A stretch of 64,000 nt of DNA, from NCBI GenBank assembly GCA_963765705.1, contig CAVXXJ010000007.1, forward strand, positions 93,610 to 157,609, given 5' to 3'. The notes under the pieces are model-generated. The model was not told the DNA's origin. It saw nothing but the letters and a program-made list of their open reading frames with translations, and made no database searches. This document shows positions 19,428 to 29,326 of this stretch, piece by piece (positions within the stretch are counted from its first letter, which is position 1; each line of letters starts with the position of its first letter). Both the position numbers and the translations under genes were made by a program. The stretch comes from an uncultured Gaiellaceae bacterium. GTDB taxonomy: Bacteria; Actinomycetota; Thermoleophilia; Gaiellales; Gaiellaceae.

Positions 19428-21482
19428 GTTGCGCGCCGTCCCGGCGTGGGGCTGGCTCGCCGCGATCGTCGTCTGCTCCTTCGCGCTGCGAGCGTGGCTC
19501 GCCCGCGAGATGCTCGGCCCGTTCATCATGGTCGACGAGCTGATCTACTCCGAGCTCGCGCGGAGTGTCGCGGCGGGTGAAGGCTTCCAGGTACGCGATG
19601 TGCCCGCCAGCGGCTTCAGCCTCGTCTACCCGATCCTGATCAGCCCGGCCTACGCGCTCTTCGACTCGTTGCCCGACGCGTACGCCGCGGTGAAGACGTT
19701 GAACGCGCTCTTCATGTCGCTCGCCGCGGTGCCGGCCTATCTGCTCGCGCGGCGCGTGCTGGCGCCGGGTCTGTCGCTGGTCGCTGCCGTGCTTGCGGTT
19801 GCGCTTCCGTCGATGGTCTACACGGGCACGGTGATGACGGAGAACGTCTTCTACCCGCTCTTCCTGGCTGCCGCGCTCCAACTCGTCCTCGTGCTCGAGC
19901 GGCCGACCTGGAGGCGGCAGGTCGGGCTGCTCGGATTCGTCGGCCTCCTCTTCGCGACGCGGGTACAGGCCGTCGCGTTCCTGCCCGCGGTCGTCGTCGC
20001 TCCCTTCCTGCTTGCGCTGCTCGGACGGCAGCCGCTGCGTCCGACGCTGATGCGCTTTCGCGTCATCTATGCGCTGCTCGGCGGCAGGCGCGGTGCTCGT
20101 CCTCGGTGCGCAGCTCGCCCGCGGCCGCTCTCTCTCGGACCTGCTCGGCGCCTACTCGATCGTCGGCGAGCGCTCGTACGACGTCGGGACGGTCGCGCGC
20201 TTCTTCCTCTACCACCTGGCCGAGCTCGACCTCTATCTCGGCGTCCTGCCCGTCGCTGCGCTCGTGCTGCTGACAGTGACAGCGCGGCGAGCGGAGCCCA
20301 ATCTGGCCCCGTTCCTCGCCGCCGCGCTCTCGCTTGTCGGTCTCGGTGCTCCTCGTCGTCGCCGCTTTCGCCTCGGAGTTCGCGAACCGGATCCAGGAGC
20401 GGAACACCTTCATCGTCGCGCCGTTCTTCCTGATCGCCCTCCTCGTGTGGGTCGACCGTGGACTACCGCGGCCGCGCTGGGCCGTTCCGGTGGCGGTGGG
20501 GTCGTCGCTGCTGCCGCTCGTGATCCCCTGGGAGCGGTTCATCGAGCCCGGTGCGATCTCGGACACGCTCGCACTGCTCCCGATCTGGAGCGCCTATGGC
20601 TCGCTCCTCTTCGACTCGATCGACGCCACGGTGCTCGCGGGCGGCGTCCTCGCCGCCGCACTGCTCTTGCTCGTGCCGCGCCGCTGGGCGCTCGTGCTCC
20701 CCGCGGTGACGCTGCTCTTCTTCGCGGCCATCTCGCACAACGTCTGGTTCGGCGAGCACGGCTTCCGGCAGGCATCCGTGGGCGCGCTCTTCACGGGGAT
20801 TCGGGTCGGTCAGAGGGACTGGATCGACAGGGCGGTTCCGCAGGGGGCGACGGTCGCGTTCGTGTGGAGCGGTGTGTCGGACCGGTTCGCGGTCAATCAG
20901 AACGAGTTCTTCAACCGGAGGGTCGGGCCGATCTACTTCATCGGCGGCGCGACTCCGGGCGGGCTCGCCGAGACCGAGGTCGCGATCGACGAAGCCACGG
21001 GTGAGATCCGAACCAAGGACGGACAGCGCCTCGAACCGAGGTATGTGCTCACCGAGGACGTGATCTCGCCCGACGGCATCGTGCTGGCCCGCGACCCGGG
21101 CCTCGGGATCACGCTCTGGCGTGTGTCCGGCCCCCTCGTCGCGACCGCGACCCGAGTCGACGGTCTGTATCCGGGCGACACGTGGTCGGGCCGCAGCGTC
21201 ACCTGGACACGCGAGCGCTGCCGCGGCGGCACGCTCACGGTCTCGCTGTCGAGCGACCCGCAGCTCTACGACGACGTTCAGGTCGTGACCGCGTTCGAGG
21301 CCGGAAAGGTCGTGGGCCGGCGCCGGATTCAACCCATCGGCACGGCGGAGTTGCGGGTTCGCCCGACGCCCGTGCGCGGCACCTGCCGGGTCGTCTTCCG
21401 CGTGGCGCAGACGAAGGTCCCGGGCGGCGGCGACGATCGTCAGCTCGGCGCGCACTTCAACACGTTCGACTACCGGCCGTGA
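19417..21482 (+). pseudogene. GT-C-like polytopic membrane glycosyltransferase with a large C-terminal soluble domain; two +1 frameshifts (about 20080 and 20332)
   Basis: Three consecutive ORFs in frames 1, 2 and 0 read as one membrane protein (..FIMVDELIYSELARSVAAGEGF.. / ..AGAVLVLGAQLARGRSLSDLLGAYSIV.. / ..SVSVLLVVAAFASEFANRIQERNTFIVAPFF..). Length 2066 nt = 3n+2. Confidence 0.65.
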
Positions 21483-22550
21483 GGATCGCGTTCGACGTCA
21501 GCCCGCTCTCTCACCCTCGCACCGGCATCGGCAACTACGTTCAGGGCTCGCTCGCCGGCCTGGCGGAGGCCGCCGCCGGGAAGCACGAGGTGATCGCTTT
21601 CGCTCCCACGCGCCCGAGGGGCCGCCGGTTGATCCGCGAGGCGCTCGCCGACGTTCCGGTCGAGCTGCGCACGCTCGTCGTGCCCTGGTCGCACGCCGTC
21701 CGCATGGGCTGGAGCCGGCTCGGCCGGCCGTCGATCGAGCGCTTCCTCGGCCGCATCGACGCGCTCCACTTCAGCGACTGGCATGGTGCCGCCGCAGCGA
21801 GCCGGGATCCGTTCGACGATGGTGCACGATCTCGTCCCGCTCCTGCATCCGGAGTGGGTGACGCCGCGGACGCGCTCGATGCACGGCTACAAGTACGCGC
21901 GCACCGCCGAGTGCGATCTCGTCTTCGTCAACTCCGCCTACACGGGGCGCGACGTCGAGCGAGCATCTGGGCGTTCCGGCCGACCGCATCCGCGATTGCG
22001 CATCCGGGTGTCTCCGCGGAGTACACGCGCCGCCGGCGCGCGATGCCGATCTCGGCCGGCCGTACGTGCTCAGCCTCGCGACGCTCGAGCCGCGCAAGAA
22101 CCTCGCCACGCTCGTCGATGCGATGCGGCCCCTGAGCGGCGAGCTCGCGCTGGCGGTCGCGGGCGCGGCAGGCTGGGGCGGCGCCGAGCTGCCCGACGAT
22201 CCGTCGATCCTGAAGCTCGGCTTCGTCGGCAGCGCGGAGGTGCCGGCGTTGATGCGGGGCGCGGAGGCCTTCGTCTACCCGTCGCTCTTCGAGGGCTTCG
22301 GCATGCCGATCGTCGAGGCGATGGCCTGCGGCGTCCCCGTCGTCGCCTCCGCGCACGCGTCGATGGACGAGGCGTGTGGACAGGCAGCCGTCCGGGTCGA
22401 TCCGGCGGACCCGGAAGCGATCGCGGCCGGGATCCGGAGGCGCTCGAGCGGCGCGCCGAGCTCGTTGCTGCGGGACTCGAGCATGCGGCGCGGTTCAGCT
22501 GGCGGGCGTGCGGCGAGATCCATCTGCGCGCGTTCGAGGAAGCGGCATGA
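21479..22550 (+). pseudogene. GT4-family glycosyltransferase with about five indels
   Basis: Recognisable GT4 segments hop between frames: VRIAFDVSPLSHPRTGIGNYV..HFSDW (frame 2), MVPPQRAGIRSTMVHDLVPLLHPEW..TGRDVE (0), EHLGVPADRIR (1), IAHPGVSAEYT (2), PPARDADLGRPYVLSLATLEPRKN..FPSLFEGFGMPIVEAMACGVPVVAS..AIAAGI (1), EALERRAELVAAGLEHAARFSW (0). Confidence 0.7.
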
Positions 22551-23538
22551 GAGTCGGCTTCGACACTGCGCCGCTGCTCCAGACGCGGGCCGGCACGGCG
22601 CGCTGGGTGGGTGGCCTGCGGCGCGGCCTCGAGGCACGCGACGACGTCGACGTCGTGCCACTCTCGTGGGGCGGCGCGGGCTGGTCTGACTGCGGTGGCG
22701 CGCGATGTCCTCTGGTATCCGGCCCTGCTCCCGCTCGCCGCAGCGCGTGCGCGCGTCGACGTGCTCCACTGCACGATCTTCCGCGCGCCGCCGCGGGCAC
22801 GCGTGCCGACGATCGTGACCGTGCACGACCTCGCGGTCCTGCGCCACCCGAAGGTCTTTCCGGCCTGGACGCGGCTCTACGGATCCACGGCGCTGCGGCC
22901 GATGCTTCGCGCGGTCGATCGCGTCTTCGCAGTCTCGGAGTTCTCGAAGCGCGAGGCGGTCGAGCTCGCCGGTGTCGATCCGGACCGGGTCGACGTCGTC
23001 CCGAATGCGCTCGAGCCGGTGTTCCACGCGGACGGGCCGGCCCTCGAGGGCGACTACGTGCTGGCGGTCGGGACCCTGGAGCCGCGCAAGAACCTCGCCC
23101 GCGTGATCGAGGCCGCACGGCGGCGTCGGGGTCGAGCTGCGCCTCGTCGGCGCCCCAGGCTGGGGCGACGCGGGCGTGGACGGAGCCCACGTCACCTGGC
23201 TCGGCCGGGTCGGCGACGATGAGCTTGCGGCGGCCTACCGGGGTGCGCGCGTCGTCGTCTTCCCATCGCTGTACGAGGGCTTCGGGATCCCGGCGCTGGA
23301 GGCGATGGCGACGGGCACGCCGCTCGTGACGAGCCGCGACAGCGCGATGGCGGAGGTCACGGGTGAGGCGGCCGTCCTCGTCGATCCACTCGACGTCGCG
23401 GCCATCGCGGAGGGAATCGAGGAGGCCGACCGGCGGCGGGCCGAGCTCGTGCCGCTCGGCCTCGAACGAGCGAAGCTCTACGGCTGGGAACGCGCCGTCG
23501 CCGCCGCCGTCGCGGGCTACGAGAAGGCGCTCGGGTGA
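22547..23538 (+). pseudogene. GT4-family glycosyltransferase, two +1 frameshifts (about 22682 and 23120)
   Basis: MRVGFDTAPLLQTRAGTARWVGGL (frame 2), LTAVARDVLWYPALLPL..TVHDLAVLRHP..GTLEPRKNLARVIEAA (0), [41 protein letters not shown] (1). Length 3n+2. Confidence 0.7.
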
Positions 23539-24560
23539 GGGAGCCGCTCGTCGTCGTCGATGCGGACGTCCTCGGCCGCCGCCGCACCGGCGACGAGACG
23601 TACGTGCTCAACCTCCTGCGCGCGCTCGGGCCGCTTGCGCCCGCCGCGGGGTTGCGCATCGCAGCGGTGACGCGCCACCCCGAGCTCGTGCCTGAGGGGA
23701 TCGAAGCAGTGCCGCTTGGCACGTCGACTCAGGAGCTGCGCATGACCGTCACCCTGCCGCGGCTGCTCCGCAGGCTCGGCGCCGATCTCGGGCACTTCCA
23801 GTACGCGCTCCCGCTCGCCGTGTCATGCCCGGCAGTCGTCACGATTCACGATCTGTCCTTCGAGCGTGAGCCGAGCCTGATGGGCCGCAAGGACAGGTTG
23901 ATCTTCAAGGCGGTGGTCCCTCGCGCCGCCCGCAAGGCCAGGCGCGTCCTGACCGTCTCCGAGCGGACGCGTCGCGACCTGCGCGAGCTCTACGCGATCC
24001 CCGACGAGAAGATCGTGGTGACACCGAACGGAGTCGATCCCGTTTTCACACCTGGCAACGGCATCCGCGGCCAGGACTACGTCCTCTTCGTCGGAGCGGT
24101 GCAGGAGCGGAAGAACCCGCTGGCGGCGCTCGCAGCCGCCGAATCGGCTGGGCTGCCGCTCGTCATCGCCGGGCCGGCGAAGGACGAGGCGCTCGCCCGG
24201 GAGCTCGAGCGCCGTGGCGCACGGATCGCCGGCTACGTAGCCGAGGACGAGCTCGTCGAGCTGTACCGCGGCGCCGCCTGCCTCGTCCAGACGTCCCGGT
24301 ACGAGGGCTTCGGGTTGCCGGTGCTGGAGGCGATGGCATGCGGGACGCCGGTCGTCGCCGTCCCCGAGGCCGCGCTGCAGGAGGTCGCCGGCGACGCCGC
24401 CGTCTGGGCCGACGAGGACGAGCTCGGAGCCGGAATCCGCCGCGCAGTCGCCGACCGGGACCGCCTCGTTGCGGCGGGGCTCGAGCGCGCGCGACTGTTC
24501 TCGTGGCCCGAGACAGCCCGGCGCACGCTCGATGTCTACCGCGAGGTACTGGGCCTGTGA
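23535..24560 (+). CDS. GT4-family glycosyltransferase (intact)
   Basis: 341 aa: TIHDLSFEREP, VGAVQERKNP, and SRYEGFGLPVLEAMACGTPVVAV. GTGA overlap with the upstream gene. Confidence 0.85.
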   Translation: MREPLVVVDADVLGRRRTGDETYVLNLLRALGPLAPAAGLRIAAVTRHPELVPEGIEAVPLGTSTQELRMTVTLPRLLRRLGADLGHFQYALPLAVSCPAVVTIHDLSFEREPSLMGRKDRLIFKAVVPRAARKARRVLTVSERTRRDLRELYAIPDEKIVVTPNGVDPVFTPGNGIRGQDYVLFVGAVQERKNPLAALAAAESAGLPLVIAGPAKDEALARELERRGARIAGYVAEDELVELYRGAACLVQTSRYEGFGLPVLEAMACGTPVVAVPEAALQEVAGDAAVWADEDELGAGIRRAVADRDRLVAAGLERARLFSWPETARRTLDVYREVLGL

Positions 24561-25315
24561 AGGTCTCGGCAATCGTCGTCTCGCACGGTCACGCGGCCGA
24601 GCTGGAGCGCTCGCTGCCGGCGCTCGCTTCCCAGGTCGACGATCTCGTCGTCATCGGGAACCTGCCGGGAAGCGTCGGGGAGGTGCCCGATGGTGTCCGC
24701 GTCGTCGAGAACGCGCGGCCGCTCTCGTTCGCCGCCAACGTCAACGTGGGGATCACGGCCACGACCGGCGAGTACGTCCTGGTCTCGAACCCGGACGCGT
24801 ATCCGGAGGAGGGGGCCGTCGACGCGCTCGTCCGGTTTGCCGACGCTCATCCGAAGGCTGGCCTCGTCGGCCCGCTCGTGTTCTGGCCGGACGGGACCTG
24901 GCAGCCGAGCCTGCGGCGCTTCCCGACCGTGCTCGGGACGATCTGGCGGCGCACGCCGCTGCGGCTGCTGCGCCGGCCGTACGACCACCAGGTCTCCCAC
25001 TACGGCACGAGGCCGGCCGAGCCCGTGCAGGGCGACTGGCTACTCGGCGGCGCCTGCCTGCTGATGCGACGGAGGATGCTGGAGCAGCTCGGCGGCTGGG
25101 ACGGCGGCTACCGTCACTACGTCGAGGACATCGACGTCGCCTACCGCGCCGCGCAGGCGGGCTGGGAGCGGTGGCTCGTCCCCGATGCGGTCGTCCGTCA
25201 CGACTACGCAGCCGTGATCGACAAGCGCTTCCTCTCCCGGCACACGCTCTGGCACCTGCGCGGGATGTTGCGATTCCTGCGTAAGCACCCGGAGCGGCTC
25301 TTCGTCCTGCGCTGA
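24557..25315 (+). CDS. family 2 glycosyltransferase
   Basis: VKVSAIVVSHGHAAELERSLPAL..FAANVNVGI..VLVSNPDAYPEEG..GGACLLMRRRMLEQLGGWD..VEDIDVAYR. GTGA overlap. Confidence 0.8.
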   Translation: MKVSAIVVSHGHAAELERSLPALASQVDDLVVIGNLPGSVGEVPDGVRVVENARPLSFAANVNVGITATTGEYVLVSNPDAYPEEGAVDALVRFADAHPKAGLVGPLVFWPDGTWQPSLRRFPTVLGTIWRRTPLRLLRRPYDHQVSHYGTRPAEPVQGDWLLGGACLLMRRRMLEQLGGWDGGYRHYVEDIDVAYRAAQAGWERWLVPDAVVRHDYAAVIDKRFLSRHTLWHLRGMLRFLRKHPERLFVLR

Positions 25316-25327
25316 GCGCCGGAACCG

Positions 25328-27448
25328 CTACGGGAGCGGCAGGAACGAGAACGCGATCTGGGCGCCGAGCTGCCGCACGTCGCCGCTGGACGGGTCGACA
25401 TCGGCAGGCACGAACGTCGGCGAGGCCGTGACGTCCACGTGGAAGGGGATCGTCGTCGGCACGACGACGATCTCGAGCGCGCAGGGTTTGAGCCGACGCC
25501 TGACCACGGTGTTCACACGGCCGAGCGCGGGCTGGTTCGCCTTGACGATGACCGTGCCGACCCGCACGACGACATTCGCAGTCGGAATCGCTTCGCCGCA
25601 GGCACCCGTTCGCGACAACGCGATCCGCGCGAACCCACGGGTGACGCCTTCGTCCGGCGCATACTGAGAGTAGGTCGCATGCTCACCCATCCAGCCGTCG
25701 GTGGAGACGCCGTTCTGGGCGTAGCGGAACCTGACCGGAGGGGTGACGTGGAAGAGCGTCATCCCGCCGTGCGGCTCTCCGACGCGCTCACCGACGACCT
25801 CGACGCCGTTACCCGTCACCACCCACTCCACGCCGGGTTTCGGGGCGATCGTGCCGTCCGGTGCGCCGAGGTCGGGCGACAGCGTCGGCAAGGGCGCAGT
25901 CCCGTCGAGGCTCCAGATCAGATCGATCGAGCGATTCCAGAACCCGAGCAGCCAGATCGGGTTCGCGTCGTTGATGTGCTGCCCGAGGTAGAGGGTGGGC
26001 TCGCCGCCCGTCGCCCGGTCGACCCAGTCGACCGGCTGCGGCGTGCTGCCGTACAGCCGCTCCGCGAAGAGGTTGAGACCACGGGCGGCGTAGACCTCGG
26101 TCGTGAGCGCCCAGCTCGCGACGACACACAGTGAGGCAACTGCGATGCCGAGTCCGATCGCCGGCGACCTCACCTGCCATCGCAGCACGAGGACGACGAA
26201 GGACACGAGGGCGAGCGCCACGAGTGCGTGGCGGACGTCGATGTGGTCCCAGCTGAAGTTGCGGTTCGCAAGAGCGCCGATCGCGAGACTCGGCGCTTCG
26301 AAGTACGGGTACTGGTCGAGCCTGAACTCGGCATTGAGGATCAGCAGCAGCGCGACGAGGAGTCCGGCAGCCAGGCCTGTGAGGCTCGCGACAGACCGAG
26401 AGAGCACGGCTGCGGTCGCGGCGAGCACGATCGGAACGAGGTAGATCACGTTTCGCTCCACGACGAGCTCCGAGAACGTCGTCGACAGGTAGGTGCCCTT
26501 GATGGCCGCGTAGCCGACGAACCCGACGAACGCTGCCAGGCTCACGACGACGAATGCCCACCCTTCCCTGGTGGCGCGCACACGCCGGGAGAGGAGAGCC
26601 GCCACGGTGGCGACGATCGGAAGCACGCCCAGGCCGAGCGTCATGGCTGCCACCGACCAGACGCCCTGATCGATCACGCGGTGCTTGAAGAAACCCGTCG
26701 CGACGTACCACGGCTCGGAACGGCGTCCGATCTCGGCGCTGGCGGCGACGGCGAGGCCGAGGCAGAGCAGCGCCGCGCCCATCCAGTCACCCGGCGTCCA
26801 GGTCGCACGCCAGCCCGTGAAGCGATCCGTTTCCCAGAGCAGTACGAAGACGCCAACCGCCAAGACGACCAGCAGCACCGCCAACTGTCCGCGCACCAGT
26901 GGCGCGACGACACAGAGCGCCGAGGCGATCGCCAGCGAGCGCAGGCTTGGCCGCGCGACCGCCGCCGCGACGGCCCAGAGTGCGGCGGTCGAGATCGGAT
27001 ACGCAAGCGGCTCATCCAGCAAATACGGCGCGTATGCAAGCGGCGGCGCTGCGACTGCCACAATCGCAGCCGCGAGCGCCCACGGCTGCGACACCACGAA
27101 ACGCGCGAGCGCGTAGGCCGGGAAGATTGCAGTCGTCATCGTCAGCACGCCGATCAGCTTGGCCATCTCCCACGCCTGCTTGGGATCGTCGAGCCACCAG
27201 GCAGGGGCGACGAGGTAGGTGTAGAGCGTGTCGAAGCCACTCGGCTCGCCGAGGCGGGAGGGGACGCCGTTCTCAGCGATCCCACGTGAGATCTGCGAGA
27301 ACTGGATCTCGTCGGAGAAGATGGTCGGCGAGGCGCGGCGAGATGCCTGCCACGCGTAGAGCGCCGCGAGCGAGAGATAGCCGACGCCGAGCACGAGGCG
27401 GACGGCTCCGGCGCTCAGCCGTCCAGCAGTTCCTGGTGTCGATGTCAC
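25328..27448 (-). CDS. GT-C-like polytopic membrane protein with a C-terminal soluble domain of about 250 aa
   Basis: 706 aa. The N-terminal pattern IFSDEIQFSQISRGIAENG parallels MVDELIYSELARSVAAGEG of the 19417 gene. About 13 TM helices followed by a beta-rich tail. Confidence 0.55.
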   Translation of the reverse strand: MTSTPGTAGRLSAGAVRLVLGVGYLSLAALYAWQASRRASPTIFSDEIQFSQISRGIAENGVPSRLGEPSGFDTLYTYLVAPAWWLDDPKQAWEMAKLIGVLTMTTAIFPAYALARFVVSQPWALAAAIVAVAAPPLAYAPYLLDEPLAYPISTAALWAVAAAVARPSLRSLAIASALCVVAPLVRGQLAVLLVVLAVGVFVLLWETDRFTGWRATWTPGDWMGAALLCLGLAVAASAEIGRRSEPWYVATGFFKHRVIDQGVWSVAAMTLGLGVLPIVATVAALLSRRVRATREGWAFVVVSLAAFVGFVGYAAIKGTYLSTTFSELVVERNVIYLVPIVLAATAAVLSRSVASLTGLAAGLLVALLLILNAEFRLDQYPYFEAPSLAIGALANRNFSWDHIDVRHALVALALVSFVVLVLRWQVRSPAIGLGIAVASLCVVASWALTTEVYAARGLNLFAERLYGSTPQPVDWVDRATGGEPTLYLGQHINDANPIWLLGFWNRSIDLIWSLDGTAPLPTLSPDLGAPDGTIAPKPGVEWVVTGNGVEVVGERVGEPHGGMTLFHVTPPVRFRYAQNGVSTDGWMGEHATYSQYAPDEGVTRGFARIALSRTGACGEAIPTANVVVRVGTVIVKANQPALGRVNTVVRRRLKPCALEIVVVPTTIPFHVDVTASPTFVPADVDPSSGDVRQLGAQIAFSFLPLP

Positions 27449-29256
27449 TCCGCCGAGGCTTCCAGCAGCGATCGCGGTTGCCCGATCTCGCGATGGACGA
27501 AGCGACAGGCGATCCCTGCAGCTGCGGAGGCCTCGACAACGGCATCGAGGGCCGCGGCTTGTGCGTACGGGATCGTGACGAGGATCTCGTCGGGCCGTGC
27601 CGTCCGAATGTGTGCCTCGGCCTCCTCGAGGCTGCCGAGAACCTTGATGCCGACCACTCGCCGCCGCCGCACTCTCGGATTGTCGTCCAGAAAGCCGACG
27701 ACGCGGCTGCCGGGCGTCTCCGCGAGCTCGCGGGCGAGCGCGCGGCCGGACCGTCCGGCGCCGACGATCAGGACGCGGTCACGACCGCCGCCGCTGACGC
27801 CGCCGCCTTCCTGCGGGAGTGCGCGCAGCGCGAGACGGGTGCCCGCGACGAGCGTCGTGCACAGCACCGCGTCGACGACGAAGATCTCGAGTGGGAAGCC
27901 TTGCAGTGTGTGCGTCGCCTCGACGATCGCGAGCGTGATCGGCACCGAGACCAGCACGCCCGTCGGGATCGCCATCAGGTCGCGCGCGCCGGCGAACCGC
28001 CAGACGCGCCGGTAGATCCCGAGAATGACGAAGAGGGCGTAGCGGACGGCGAGCAAGACCGGCAGCGTCGCGAGGAAGGCGGCGCGCTCCACGTTCGTGC
28101 CGGTGCCGTCGACGAAGAGCAGGTAGGAGCCGAGGAAGGACGCGCAGATCGTGGCGAAGTCGACGAGCACCTCGACGAGCCGGCGCGGCTGAGAGATCAA
28201 CGCTCGCCAGAGTGAGGGCGGCGGCCCGGGATCGGCGCGGCGCGAGCGCTCCTCGAGGTCGCCGAGGAAGCTCGCGAACTGGACGAGGACGACGAACGAG
28301 ACGAGCACGCCGACCGCGGTCACCCGCGCGTTCGACAGCGTGTTGTACGCGAGCGCGGTGCCGCCGAGCAGCGCCGCCAACAGGGTCAGCGCGGCCACGG
28401 CCTGCTGCTCGGAGAGGCCGTAATAGACGAGGCGGTGCGACGAGTGGTCGGTGCCGCCTTGCGTGACCGGCCGCCGCTCGAGGGTGCGCCGCACCGTCAC
28501 GAGGGTGGTGTCCAGGATCGGGATCGCGAGCACGAGCAGCGGCAGGACGATGCTGGTCAGGGTGGCACCGGCTGTCGTCCAGCTCGAGGCGAGCGCGAGC
28601 GACGCGAGCCCGAAGCCGATCACCTGGCTGCCCGAGTCCCCCATGAAGACGACGGCCTTCCGGCCCGGGCGGAGGTTGAACGGGAGGAACCCGACGCACG
28701 CGCCGCCGAGTGCGAGCGCGACGACGAGCCCGAGCTCGGCCGAGTCTTGCGCGATCGCGTCGACCGCGAACACCGCGCACGAGACGGCCGCAAGCGACGC
28801 CGCGAGACCGTCCATGTTGTCGAGCAGGTTGAAGGCGTTGGTGATCCCGACCAGCCAGACGACTCCGAGGACGGTCGCGAGCACGTCGGAGCCGACGATC
28901 TCGACGGTCAGCCCCGACGCGAGCACGATCCCGGCGGCGGTGAGCTGCGCCGCGAGCTTCGCGATCGGGCTGAGCGTGAAGAGATCGTCGACGAGGCCGG
29001 CGACGAAGAGCACGGCGCAACCGCCGAGGATCCCCGCGAGCTCGGTGCTCGCCTCGGCGCCGAATGCGACCGCTACGCCGACACCCGCCGCCAGCCCGAG
29101 GAAGATCCCCACGCCCCCGAACACCGGTGTCGCGCGCTCGTGCCACCGCTCCCCGGAGGGAGCCGCGACGAGGCGGTCACCAATCCGCGCGCGCAGCAGG
29201 ACGGTGATGACCAGGGCGGCAACCGAGAGCGCGGCGATCGCGGCGACCGCATTCAT
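27445..29256 (-). CDS. WecA/MraY-family polyprenyl-phosphate N-acetylhexosamine-1-phosphate transferase fused to a C-terminal TM + Rossmann-like (WbaP/CapD N-terminal type) module
   Basis: Residues 1 to about 330 carry NAFNLLDNMDGLA and VFMGDSGSQ, the PNPT signatures. Residues from about 350 to 603 have 4 TM helices, then RVLIVGAGRSGRALARELAETPGSRVVGFLDDNP..VLGSLEE..DEILVTIP. Confidence 0.8.
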   Translation of the reverse strand: MNAVAAIAALSVAALVITVLLRARIGDRLVAAPSGERWHERATPVFGGVGIFLGLAAGVGVAVAFGAEASTELAGILGGCAVLFVAGLVDDLFTLSPIAKLAAQLTAAGIVLASGLTVEIVGSDVLATVLGVVWLVGITNAFNLLDNMDGLAASLAAVSCAVFAVDAIAQDSAELGLVVALALGGACVGFLPFNLRPGRKAVVFMGDSGSQVIGFGLASLALASSWTTAGATLTSIVLPLLVLAIPILDTTLVTVRRTLERRPVTQGGTDHSSHRLVYYGLSEQQAVAALTLLAALLGGTALAYNTLSNARVTAVGVLVSFVVLVQFASFLGDLEERSRRADPGPPPSLWRALISQPRRLVEVLVDFATICASFLGSYLLFVDGTGTNVERAAFLATLPVLLAVRYALFVILGIYRRVWRFAGARDLMAIPTGVLVSVPITLAIVEATHTLQGFPLEIFVVDAVLCTTLVAGTRLALRALPQEGGGVSGGGRDRVLIVGAGRSGRALARELAETPGSRVVGFLDDNPRVRRRRVVGIKVLGSLEEAEAHIRTARPDEILVTIPYAQAAALDAVVEASAAAGIACRFVHREIGQPRSLLEASAE

Positions 29257-29326
29257 GAGAGGACAGGGTAAAGCAGCCCTGTTAGGGCCGTATGAGCAGG
29301 CACGACGCCTACACTAGTCCGCCAGG

